From Lama guanicoe (taxonomy: Eukaryota), in the NCBI GenBank assembly GCA_013239625.1, contig MU053933.1, positions 3,215,817 to 3,279,816 on the forward strand: DNA of 64,000 bases, in the 5' to 3' direction. The notes under the pieces are model-generated. The model did no database searches. It saw only the letters and a program-made list of their open reading frames with translations, and was not told the origin of the DNA. Each line of letters opens with the position of its first letter. The first letter of the stretch is position 1. Positions 13,130 to 25,235 of the stretch are shown piece by piece. The position numbers were made by a program, and so were the translations under genes.

Positions 13130-15470
13130 TGGGAACATCTGTATATGAGTTCCGATGTGCACATACACTTTCTTCCCTCTTGGGTAAATTCCTAGGAGTG
13201 GAATGACTGGGTCATATAATACATACAGTTAACTTTTTAAGAAACAGACACACTGTTTCCAAAGGGACTGAAACATTTTATGCTCCCACCAGCAGTGCAT
13301 GAGAGTTCCAGTTGCTTCAGGGCTTCATCAGCATTTGTTATGGTCAGTCTTTTAAGCCACAGCCTTTCTATTGCGTAGCAGTGTCTCATTCTGGTATTTC
13401 CCAGTGATTAACGGTGCTGAGGTGCTTTTGTGTGCTTATTTGTTACACATATATCTTCTTTAGCGACGTGTCTCTTCAAATCATTTGCCTATTTCTTCTA
13501 ATTGGGTTGTTAGTTTTCTTACCATTGTGTTCTGAGGGTTCTTTACATACGCTGGTCCTTTCTCAGATGTATGATTTACAATTATTTTGTCCCAGTATGT
13601 ATTGGCTTGCCTTCTTATTTCAATAACAATGTTTTTCAAAGAGCAGATGTTTTTGATTTCGATGAAGTCTATTTAATCTTTTTTTTTAATGGATCATGCT
13701 TTTGGTAAAAACTGCTTAACCCAATATTTAAAAAAATAAGCTTTATAGTTTTATGCTTCAAATAATCTGTTTTGAGTTAATATTTGTATATGGTGCAGGA
13801 TATTGATCAAAGTTCATTTTATTTTGCATGTGGTTATGCAATTGTTCCAGCACCAATTGTTGAAAAGACTATCCTTTCTTCACTGAGTTACATTTGTACC
13901 TTTGTAAAAATTAGTTGTCAATATGTGGGGGCCTATTTCTGGACTCTGTTCTGTTTCACGATCTGTTTGTTTGTCTCATGCCAATACTACACAGCCTTGA
14001 TTACCATGGCTTTATAAGGTTTGAAATCAGTGTTGGTCTCCCAGGGTTCTTTTTCAAAGCCATTGTGGTTATTCTGGATCCTTTGCATTTTCATCTGAAT
14101 TTTAAAATTAGCTTGTCCATTTCTTCAAAATAGCTGTTGAAATTTTGAATCAATAGATTAATCTGAGGATAATTAACACCACAATAATACCATGAACACA
14201 GTATATCTCTCCATTTATTGTTTCTTTTTAAATCAAGAAAAGATAATTGAATTTTATCCATTTTTTTCTGCATCTTTTAGTTTGTTGTGGTGAATTACAT
14301 TAATTTTCAAAAGTTAAGCCAAACTTGTAATGTTTCATGTATTTAAATTTTAAAAAACATTTTGAGATAACTGTAGATCCACATGCAGTTGTAAGAAACA
14401 ACAGAAAAAGATCTTGTGTATCCTTTCCCCCGTTTTCCCCAATGGTTACATCTTGCAAAACTACAGTGCAATGACACAACTAGGATATTAACACTGACAG
14501 TCACAAAACAGAACAGGTCCATTGCCACAAGGATGTCCCCTCCCATCTCCCCTCCACACTTAACTATTGGCTATCACTAACATGGTCTTCATTTCTTTAA
14601 TTTCGTCATTGCAAAAGTGTTATACAAATGGAATCATATAATATGTGATCTTTGGGGGTTTTGTTTGGTTTGGGTCTGGGGGCTTTTTTGCTTGTTTTTC
14701 TTAAATTTTTTTCTTTCAGTTTTATTGAGATAGAGTTGACATACATCACTGTATGAGTTTAGGGTGAACAGCATGATAATTTGACTTACATACATCATGA
14801 AATAATGATCACAAGTTTAGTGAATATCTGTCATCTCATACAGATATACAATCTAAGACACAGAAAACATTTTTGTGTGTATGTGGTGAGAACTCTTAGG
14901 ATTTACTCTCTTAAGAACTTTCATATGTAGCTTACAGCAGTAGTAATTATATTTACCATTTTGTACATTACATTCCTAGTATTCATTTACCTTATAACTA
15001 GAAGTTTGTTCCGTTTGACAGCCTTCATCCAGTTCCGCCTCCTTCAACCCCCTACCTCTGGCAACCACAAACCTCGTTTCTTTTTGTTTAAGTTTGTTTG
15101 TACGTTTGTTTTTGAAGTATAATTGACCCACCACACTATGTTACACAACATAGTGATTTTTCCCTACACATTTCAAAACGATCTCCGCGATGTCTAATTA
15201 TGATATGTCACCACACAAAAGTATTACAACATAATTGACTCTAATCCCCACACTGTACTTCCATGTTTGTGATTCATTTATTTTACAACTGGAAGTTTGT
15301 ACCTCAATCTCCCTTACCTATTTCTTTCCTCCTCCCATCCCCATCTCCTCTGGCAACCACCTGTTTGTACCTATAACTCTTGTTTTGTTATGTTTTTTCA
15401 TTTGTTTGGTTTTTTTAGATTCCACAGATAAGAGAAATCATACAGTATTTGTCTTTCTCTTTGTCCTATA
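13130..15470 (-). mobile_element. Cluster of antisense L1 fragments (old L1M plus a younger 3' end at ~14710-15470)
   Basis: cctaggagtggaatgactgggtcata; ccagcaccaattgttgaaaagactatcc; ttttattgagatagagttgacatac; ctggcaaccac...ttttagattccaca. Confidence 0.75.
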
Positions 15471-16759
15471 GTTGTTGAGACGTATCTTTCTATACTGTCA
15501 AGTCCATGCTCAACATCTTTTTCTTGTAGCTTTTTCTTTCATCTCTTAATTGAGTTTTATTTTATTTAACAGAGTTCATAGGGGCTCGCACCCAGGGTGA
15601 CTTTATACTGAGGGCTATCTCCTTGCTGCGCCTGGATTTGCACAGCTACTTGGCGTGGCACAGCACAGCATTTCTGGGACGCCTGTCGACCTTTCAGTGC
15701 TTCAGTTTCCTCATCCCATCCTTGGCTAGGAAATTTCCTTTTTCATCCCTCTTGTTAACCATCATATCACTACGAACTTTTTTTTTTAAATTGTAATTGT
15801 CAGCTACTTTCGTAACTGAAAGTACCCATAGGATTTTTTTGCTTCTTGGGTAGTTCTCTTACAAAACATGATTTTCCATAGTAGATTTCCTTCAGCCTTT
15901 CTCAATTGGATTTCCTGAGAAAATTAAGTCATAATACCTTAAGACATCCATTGAAGATAACAAATCAACTTGCTTCCTCTGCATCTGGAATACTACCAGT
16001 CACGAGTCCGGGGAGAACTGAGAGGAATCAGTCATTTTCTGTGTCCTGCGGTCCAGCTGTGGTGCTGCTGAGAGAGGCTTCAGCATGCTGGTTTGGCATG
16101 TATAGTCCTTGCTCATGTCCTCCGTGCTCAGTTCTTGCTAGCGCTTTTCTTTTCTCTTGTATGTTCAGGTGACCTCTTCATGCTCCCCCTCCCTCATATA
16201 GGACCCTCTGAGGGATGGGCCCTCTCAAAGTGCAGGATAAACCAGCCCATGCCTTGCTGGGCCCAGGCCTGGATTCTAGCTTCTGTTCAATGTCCAGTGC
16301 AGGAATCCACTACACTCTGCCCAGAACACAGCTGTCCAGGGCAGAGGACACTATGGTGTAGGGGGGTGAGCTCAGCGGACAGCAAAGGGGACTTCAGAAG
16401 ATTAGGCATGTCTTAGTGTTGAATCCTTGCCTCTACCCCTCCAAGGAGCACTTGGTATGGTCTCTACTGCTCATTCAAAGCTTGTGATGGGTACCAAAAA
16501 GTCAGGAGTCCTGTACCCAGTGGATGGAGGGTAGGACTTGGGACAGTGTTCAGACCTGTGCGCTGGGGCAGAGATCAGGAGACTGAAAGTTCCCAAGAAT
16601 TAGCAGAAATCTCCAGTGGGGCGCTTTGGATTTTCATTCAGCTGGGACCAAGCCAACTGCATCTGGATATTTGTAGAATTCAAACTTAAACTAGCTAGCC
16701 TCCAGACTTTAGCCCTTTACTGTTGTGCCAGAAGCAGTAAGTTTGACACTTAAGTTACG

Positions 16760-17040
16760 AGCACAGGCTCAGGAGCCAACCACTTAGACTCAGATATTGG
16801 CCATGAGTGCCTCCGTTTTCTCACCTCTACTTGAAAGCAGTAATAGCAGCCATGGCAGACTGCTGTCCTCAAGGGAACAGCGACCTCTGTAAAGCACCTA
16901 GACAGTGCCTGGGTGTGTGTGGCAAGAGTGATGGGAAGCATTTACATCTGTAAATCTGATAAAAGTGCTTATCCCGTGGCTGTGAGATGATGCCACGAGG
17001 GGATTATAACCACACCTTGCACTCCACAAGTACTCAACAC
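16760..17040 (+). mobile_element. MIR SINE fragments
   Basis: gcctccgttttctcacctcta and catctgtaaatctgataaaagtgctt...gtgagat resemble the MIR core. Confidence 0.5.
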
Positions 17041-17589
17041 GTACCAGCCACCGCCATCCACCAACCTGCCTTTCCCAAGGCCATTCCGAGGTCAGATCCC
17101 CACTGCTTTTGCCTTAGTGTTGTTTTTCTGCATATTTGTTCATCTTTCACCAGCTGGATCTAATGAGATTTCCCTTCAGGCTTGCGTTTGATTTCCACCT
17201 CTCCCATATGGTCCCCAAATGTGGCAGGAGAGGCTGTCAGAGCGGCTGAGATCGTGCTGTTCTGACTTCCCTCCCCGGCAGAGCACATGTGGGATGGCTG
17301 GGCTAAGGACGGCGAGGCCTGAACTGCTCCAGGAGACAGGGCACCGTGTAGCAAAGAAGTTCCAGGTACACAACCGACTCTCCATGTGTCAGCCACACCC
17401 CACTGACTGGGCGACCACGTGCACCCGAAGCACAGGTTGGGCAGAGAACTGGAGCAGCACCTGGACTCCATCGGCGGCCCTCTCCTCCTGGTGCGCAGAG
17501 CAGAGTGTCAGTGGCTTCAAGGCGCACGATGGCCGGGGGGCTCTTAAACCTGTGGCGCCAGGCCCAGCCCAGCCCAGCCCAAGTGATTC

Positions 17590-18720
17590 CGGTCCTTGGG
17601 CGGGAGCGCAGGCCGGCCAGCTCTGGCAAGCGCCCAGGTGATGCTGAAGAGCAGCCTCCGACTTGGAGGGAAGGGGCCCTTCGCATTCCTCACATGCTCT
17701 GGAAGCTACAGAAACCAAACAAAGCACTCCGTCCAAACACCAGCCAGAGGGAGACGGGAGCCGCTCCCGCGCCCCGAGCGTTCCTGCAGCGGGGGACGCG
17801 CTCCCCGCCGCGTTTCTGCGGAACTCGGGCTGGACCCGCGACGGCAGCGTCCACTCCGCCACGCGGGCCGGTTTCCCAGACGGAAGCCCGCGGAAGCCCG
17901 CGGGGCAGCAGTGCATCAGACGGCGGCCGCAGGCCCGGGGCCCATCCCGCTCTTCCGCCTCCGCCCCGGTTCGCGCCGCCGGGACCTGGGGCCGGGCGGG
18001 TGGGTGCGGCTCCCGCGGCTCCCAGGACCCCGCCCGCGTCGCCGGGTCCCGACCCCGCACAGGACCCCACGCGGGCCCCCTGCGCACACCGGCTGAGCCG
18101 CGCCACGCCGGAAGGCCCTTCCCACAACGCCCCGGGCCTCGTCCTCACGCCTCATTGGCCAGAGAGGCACCACGTGTGCGTCTCTAAGCCAATCAGCCCC
18201 GACTTCCGGGGCGTCTGCCGAGCGCCGAAGCCGCGGGGACCTGAGGGTTGTGCGCGGCCGAGACCCCTGGCCGAGGCCACTCCCGCCGCAGAGCGGGCGC
18301 CTGAGCAGGGCGGGCTCTCGGAAGGAGGGGGGCTGGACGGGAAGCCGCCGGCCTCGGGCCGCGAGTCTGTGGCGGGAAGCGCTCCGCTTCCGGGAGGCCC
18401 GGGCAGCGGCTGACCTCACAGTGTGCGGCCAGGCCCTGGCGGTGCGCGGTCCGCCGGGTGGGTGGCCCCGCAACTCCCCGAGCGGGCGGGCCTGAGCGCG
18501 CCCACTGGACGCACGAGAACCGCACGGCAGGGCCGAGGCCTGCACTGAGGCGGCCTCGTCCCGGAGCCTCCCGACGGCGCGGCGTGGCCGGCGCCTGTGG
18601 GCCGCCCGCGGTCGCGCCCGCGCGGGCCCGCGCCTTCCCCCGCACCGGGGGTGCAGCCGGGGTAAAGTCGCCGTCGCGCCTTGTGCCAGTTGCTGAGGGC
18701 TGCCGCTGGCCTCCATTCTC
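17590..18720. promoter_or_regulatory. CpG island with housekeeping-type promoter motifs (target transcript unidentified)
   Basis: Very high CpG density; CCGGAAG 18108, ATTGG 18154, CACGTG 18171, CCAAT 18189, ACTTCCGG 18202, several further CGGAAG and GC boxes. Confidence 0.8.
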
Positions 18721-18759
18721 AGTGCTCTGACACAGCCCCTTATGAAAGGATTCCTGTTC

Positions 18760-18880
18760 CTGCCCGTGATTGGCAGACGAGGAAAGTGAGTCATGGGGAG
18801 GTTAAAGTTACAAACTGACGTGGCTAAACGGTTGAGGACCCAAGACTTGAATCCAGGATGGTTGAATCCAGGGCTCTTCA
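18760..18880 (-). mobile_element. MIR SINE fragment
   Basis: gcagacgaggaaagtgagtcatggggaggttaaag...gacttgaatccagg matches the antisense MIR core. Confidence 0.6.
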
Positions 18881-19559
18881 CCGCAGTCTAGAGTGGTTTC
18901 AAAATGGCTTTGGGGCTGGTTGTGCCACTCACTGATGGTCATCTCAAGTCCTTGGATGGACTCAAATCTCTCTCGGTATCAGGAGCTTTAAAAAGGAAAG
19001 AGTCCCTCCAAGTCTAAACGTAGGAGTCTCTCCTGACAGGAGCAGAGGAAAGGAATCCCCGAGACAGGTTTCTAACTTCCGTCCTCGGGGCATGGCTCGG
19101 GAGGTGTGGCCGGAGGCCTGCACGGCGGGACCTGAAGTCTGCAGGAGAGGACTTCTCGGCTGAATGGCTCCCTCTGGTTGGTTTCTGCTTTGCTGCAGCG
19201 ACAGGTAGCAAAGCTGTCTTCTTAAAACGCCTTGTTTAAAAGAACGACCAGGAAACCATGCCATTCATGCTGATGTCAGAGGAAATGGGGACCCCAGGAA
19301 AGTGCATTTCAGGAAAGAGAAGATGAAAACACAGCTTGAGAAGTCTGGACTCATCAGGGGAAAGGCTCCATGTTTCCATGATGTTTTGGTTCAGGGTGGC
19401 GGTGTCCCATAAGACAAGGCAGCATAATGCTGGACAGGTGGTTTGTGGACAGGATTGCTCCCTTGAGCTTTACACCACAGTGCTGAGTGCCCTGAGACCA
19501 GAAATACTTGCATGTGGGCTCTAACGTGTGGGTCAAGGGTATGTAATGCCACACTGTTT

Positions 19560-20400
19560 TTAAAAATTAAAACTGGAAAGAAAGGTAATATCCATCAAAA
19601 AAAAGGCTAAATATGTTCTGGAAAATTCATACTGGAGAGTATCAGGCAGCCATTAAAGAGAATGAGAGACTAGCAGACAAGTGCAAGTTAAAATTTGACG
19701 AGGCTCTGCTTCCCCAAACATTCAATGAATAGCAGAAATGTAAAAATATTTGTAATACCAAATGTTGGTCAGGATTTAAAACAACTGGAACTTTCATACA
19801 CTGCTGTAATGTAAAATGGTTCCATCATTTGGGAAAACTGGCACTTTCTGCTAAAGCTGTGTATGCACCTCCCTACAATACAAGTCTACCAGAGGTAAAG
19901 TTAAAAAAAATAAGATATATGCCTACCCCCTCCCCCAAAAAAACTCACATATAAGAACATTCATATTGGCTTTGTTTATAACAAAACAAAAACTGGAAGC
20001 AATAGTCCATCAACTGGATAATGCATAAATTATGGTATAATTCACTGATGGAATATTACACAGCAATAAAAAATACAACCATAAAAAAAATACAACCTTG
20101 ACAGTATAGAGGAATCTCACAGACATTATTTGAGCAAAAGAGGTCAGACACCATACAGTACATACCAAATGCTTTCAATTATATAAAACTTAAGAACAGG
20201 CAAAACCAATCTATCATGCTAGAAATCAAAATAATGATTATCTTTGTTGGGGGAGGTTTGACTGGGAAGAGTCACAGTGGAATCATCCTGTATCTTGATC
20301 TGAGGAGTGGTGGTCACAAACTGTAAATGTGTGTAAAATTCATTGGGATAAACTTGAGATTTGGGCACTTTGCTCTGTGCAAATTATTCCTCATTAAAAA
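19560..20400 (+). mobile_element. Old L1M 3' end fragments
   Basis: aataccaaatgttggtcagga...aactggaactttcatacactgctg; tggaatattacacagcaataaaa; tcctgtatcttgatctgag. Confidence 0.75.
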
Positions 20401-22151
20401 GGAAGGCAAGAGAAAGAGATTGTTTTTATTGTGTGTGTGCATGTGCTTTTACTGTTTTACCAAGTTAAATACAATGAAAAGTCATTACTTTTGAAAAAAA
20501 GTAGAAGTGTTTAAAACTCTAAAATTTGAGGAAACCTGTTTGTGTCCACAAGGTAATTTATCTATGACATATTGTTGCTTGGAAAAGCAGGTAGGAAAAC
20601 CAAGCACAGGAGAGCCCTGATTCAGAGCAGGATGAGGAAGACCTCCATTCCCATGGGAACAACACGAAGAATCAAGATGAAATCAACAATGCATTTTTAT
20701 GTAAGAATAAGAAGGGAGAAGGAGAGAAGGAAGCCTTGAGAACTGGATTCCAGAAGGAGACAATCACAACTGAGCAGAGACATGACAGCTCCCCGCTTCC
20801 ACACTGCAGTCTGGATAGAGCTGGCCTTCCATGGATGAAGAACCTTCATGGTGACAGAGGGCTGTCAGCTGGACTTTGAGTGGTAGTGTGGGCTGATGGG
20901 ACAAACTGGAGCCTAGAAGTGAAGGATAGAGGACCCAATCTAAGCAGTTCTCCTCCCTGCCTCCAAGTTTTGCCGTGAAAGTGACATTGGAGGAGGGGTT
21001 GCTAAGCGTAGAGAAATCACAAAGTCATATGCTTGCTTTTGGTCACTAGAGTTGAAACTACAAGCAGCTCTTCCCAGCCCAGAGACAACAAGATCTAAAA
21101 GACTATAGCTGAGAATTTGAGGTTGGGCTAATCACAGGTTAACTCAACCTGAGGAAAGGTGCAATTTCTCTGGCTCAACCAGACACTAGGAAAAAGCGGA
21201 GTGACTAGCTCTGTACCTTCACTGCACCAGGGGAAGTAGTTGGCAATCTCTAAGGAACAAACAGCAGAACAAAAATATTTCACTCTTTACTGGTCTCTTC
21301 TACACAATGTGCAGAATACAACAAAAACAATTATAAAACCTGCAAAAAGGGGAAAAATGTGACCTGTACTTAAAAGACATTCCTTATGAGAGACCGTCAT
21401 TGGCTCAGTTACTAGCATAAGAATAAACTAAAGCAATTATTTCAAATATGAGTGAGCAGACGGTATATTTCAAGAAATGAATGGAAACACGAAAAAAAAA
21501 GAGGACTGAAAAATAGACAAAAAAGTATCAATGGATGGGCTTAGATTGGATACTGCAGAAAGGTTCAGGGAACTTGAAAAAAGTTCAATGGAAATTATCC
21601 AAACTGGAGAAGAGAGAGAAAAAAGTTTTAGAAACATGACCAAAACATCTGTGAGATGCGGGACCCATATCAAGTAGTCTAATGTGAAGTAGTCTGAGAT
21701 GCAAGCATTTTGGAGTCCAAGAATGAGAAGAGAGATGGTGGGAAAACTGTTTGAAGAATCACTGGCTAAAATATTCCAATCTAACGAAAAGTCACAAACT
21801 GCTGAAAGACAAATACAAAGAGAAAATCTAAAAAGCTATCAGGTAAAGAATATGCATTACATAGAACATTACATAGAACAATGATTTTTTTTATTTGGCT
21901 GATTTCATTGGAAACATTTGGAAGCAGGAGGCAATGGGGCAACATGTTTAAAGTGCTGAGAGAAAAAAAAATCTTCAACCTAGAATTCTGTACCAGCAAA
22001 ATTATCCTTCAAAAAGGAAGGCAAAGTAGAGATTTTCAGGTAAACAAAAGCTTAAAAACCAGCTCTGTAGCAATTGAGCCTCCACTACAAGAAATGCTAA
22101 AGCCATATTTGGAGACTGAAGGGACAGATACTGAATATAGACATGGATCTA

Positions 22152-22296
22152 CAGCAAGCACTCAACTATGGCACCGCTGACATTTGGGGCCAAATAGTTC
22201 TCTGTTGTGGGGGCTGTCTTGTGCATCATCCCAGGAGTCTACCCATGAGATGCAGGGAGGCCCTGCCCCCAGTTGTGACAACCAGAAATGTCTCTG
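22152..22296 (-). mobile_element. MER20 (hAT-Charlie non-autonomous DNA transposon)
   Basis: ctcaactatggcaccgctgacatttggggccaaatagttctctgttgtgggggctgtcttgtgca...cccagttgtgacaaccagaaatgtctc is the reverse complement of the MER20 consensus. Confidence 0.8.
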
Positions 22297-22344
22297 TGGG
22301 AATGAAGTCTGTAGAAGAAAAAGAAGATGTTACAAAGGGTAATT

Positions 22345-22648
22345 AACGGACTTCATGTTCCCCTCTCCCCAGTCCATGTGGTGAAATTCTGATTCCCAGG
22401 GTGGCGGTGTTGGGCGGTGGGGCCTTCAGGTGGCACCCTCACAAGTGGGTTTAGTGTCCTCCCAGCAGAGCTGCCTGGCCCTTCTTCCATGGGAGCCGCA
22501 GTGAGAAGTCAGCCTTCCGCAACCCAGAAGAGCCCTCAGCAGGACGACCCTGCCGGCACCCTGATCCTGGACTTCCAGCCTCCAGAATGTGAGAAGCAAA
22601 TTCTGCTCCTTATAGCCACCTACTGATAATCCCAAACTGATTAAGACA
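22345..22648 (+). mobile_element. MaLR solo LTR, MLT1A-like
   Basis: ggtggggccttcagg; ctgccggcaccctgatcctggacttccagcctccagaatgtgagaa; ends ...actgattaagaca. Confidence 0.85.
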
Positions 22649-23934
22649 GTAACTATGTAGGTTAGTGTAAAATAATGTTCTTCTGGGTTTTTAGTTTTTG
22701 AAATTCAATTGAGTTAAAAGCAATGGTAATAATAGTGAGATTTGTAATTCATCTGGAAGTGAATACAAGATAAAAATAGCACAAGGATCAGAAGAGAATA
22801 AATAGAAATACCCTGTTGCAGCTGCAAGGTTTTTAAATTGTGGTAAAATGATAAATACTGATTCAAGATAGACAGATGAAATAAGCATATGTGAGATGTA
22901 GAAAAGAACCACTGAAGATATACAGTTAGAATCTGATAGAGGAGGAAAAGTGGAACACAAAAATACACCAGAACACTTTTTTTTAAAGGCAGGAAAAAAG
23001 GAAGAAAAATAAATAACTAACAACAAACAGCAAGGTGGTCACAAGCAAAGCCTGTCAACAATTGGAGCAAATGAAAACGGCCACATCCTCCAGCTAGAAG
23101 GCCGAGCTGGTCAAACCAAGATTTTTAAAGTAAAGGCCAATTACACTTGTTTTGTACAAGATATCATAGAAATATAAATAGGTTCAAATTTAAATAACGA
23201 AAAAGTTATACCATGAGAACATTCACCATGAGAAAGCTGGAGTAGCCATGTTCATAAAACCCAAAACGGCTCTTAAGACAGGGAGTGGTGGTGGCGGCAA
23301 AGAAGAACATTACGTAATGATAAAAGCATTATTTCATCAAGGAAACATAACAAATCGAAATATGTTTGCACCTAAGAAGAGATAAATCCACTATTGTTAT
23401 TGGAGATTTAACTCTCTTAGACAGAAAAATATTAGGATATATAAAGTCTGAACAACTATCAATTAAATTAACCTAATTGACAATGATAAAACACTATACC
23501 CAATGTTTGAAAAACACACCTCATTGAACATACTCCAAGATAGGCGATATATTGAGCCATAAAATGTCAGTAAAATAATAGCATTGAGATAATACAGAAT
23601 ATGGAATTGGTTAGAAATCAGTGACAGAAATCCATGTGACTGAGCGGCTTTCACACGCTAGAGGCATAGTTCACAGCAGAGGAGATGACTCTGTATTGGG
23701 AATATCACTTGAAGGGTCTTTGGTTGAGGAAGCTGAGCCCCATCTCCACCCCACGACTCCCAGGGCCTGTTTGGAAGGAAATATGCAACCGGGAAAGAGC
23801 GACATTTCTGCATGAGAAATAAAAAGTTAATATACCGGGAAATCCCCAGCATACAGTACACATCTGAATAACGCATGGATCAAAAAGGAAACCACAAGGA
23901 AAATTAGAGAACATTTTACCTGATTAATAATTTT

Positions 23935-24270
23935 TCTTTTAAAGACAATTTTAGAGCAAAATTGAGAGGAAGGTACAGAGATATCCCATACACCCTTTGC
24001 ACACACATGCATAGCCTCCCTTCTAATCAACATGCCCACCTGATGGGACAGTTGCCATCACTGCTGAGCCTGCAGTGACACCTCATTATCATCCAAAGTC
24101 TGCAGTTTACGTCAGGGTCACATTGGTGTTGTGCGTTATGTGGATCTGGACCAAGACGTGAGACACGTGTCCACCATTATAACATCATACCATTGTCGTG
24201 AGTGTGATACACTCATTTAATGTATCATTTTCACTGCCCTAAAAATTCTCTGCTCTATCATTTCATCCCT
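23935..24270 (-). mobile_element. L1MC1-like 3' end (antisense)
   Basis: agcaaaattgagaggaaggtacagagatatcccatacaccc...tttcactgccctaaaaattctc. Confidence 0.75.
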
Positions 24271-24299
24271 CAGAGGTAATTTTTTTAAACAGCATATTA

Positions 24300-25235
24300 T
24301 GCCACCAAAACTACAAGAAATGAAAGAAAACTAGATAAATTGGGCTTCATTAATATTTAAAACTTCTTTTCTTCAAAAGATACTGTCAGGATAGCTAAAA
24401 TGCAACTCACAAAATGAGAGGAAGTATTTGCAAATCATATATCTAAGGGATTGAAATCCAGAATATATGAAGAACTCTTACAACGTGAAAATATTGCTCA
24501 ACATCGTTAGCCATCAGGGAAATCACATCAAAACCACAATGAGATCCCATTCTCACACCCACTAGCGTGGCTACACTCAAACGACAGACAATAGCAAGTG
24601 TTAACAAGGATGCAGAGAAATTGGAACACTCATGCACTGTGATGGAATGTGAAGTGATGCAGCCACTTTGCAAACAGTTTGGCAGCTCTTCAGAATGTTA
24701 GACACACAGCTATTACGTGATCCAGTGTTTCCACACCTAGGCATATACCCAAGAGAATGGAAAACATATGTCCACACAAAAGTTGTGCATGAATATTTGT
24801 AACAGCATGATGCATAAAAGCTAAAATATGGAAACAGTCCAAATGCTCATCTGTCAAAAAAAGATGGAATATTACTCAGCCATAGAAAGGAATGAAGTGC
24901 TGATTTACCCTACAACATGGATGAGCTATGGAAACATTGTGCAGAGTGAACAAAGCCAGTCACAAAAGACTGTATGATTCCAACTATGTGAAATGTCCAG
25001 AACAGGGAAATCTGCATGGAGAGTAGATTAGTGCTTGCCAGGGACCTGGAGGCTGTGGACAGAGAGTGACTGCTCCAGGTATGGGGTTTCCTTTCGAGGT
25101 GGTAATAATGTTGTAATTTTGGATAATGGTGGTGGTGCAAACTTTGTGAATATACTAAAACCCACTGAATGAAATGCTTTTAAAAGGTGGATTTTATGAT
25201 GTATGAATTACATCTTAATAAAGCTGTTACTAAAA
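24300..25235 (+). mobile_element. L1MB-like 3' end
   Basis: atcaaaaccacaatgagat; gagaaattggaacactcatgcactg; ends tgaatttacatcttaataaagctgtt. Confidence 0.8.

Noticed and set aside
17160..17641. Possible retrogene or small ORFs left of the island (e.g. MESRCC..., ...ELLQETGHRVAKKFQ...)
   Set aside because: No protein family recognised, and no poly(A) tail or TSD seen.
17389..18881. Long ORFs of 232-321 aa over the CpG island
   Set aside because: Overlapping frames on both strands, rich in Arg/Pro/Ala/Gly, are expected from stop-codon scarcity at extreme GC; no recognisable domain.
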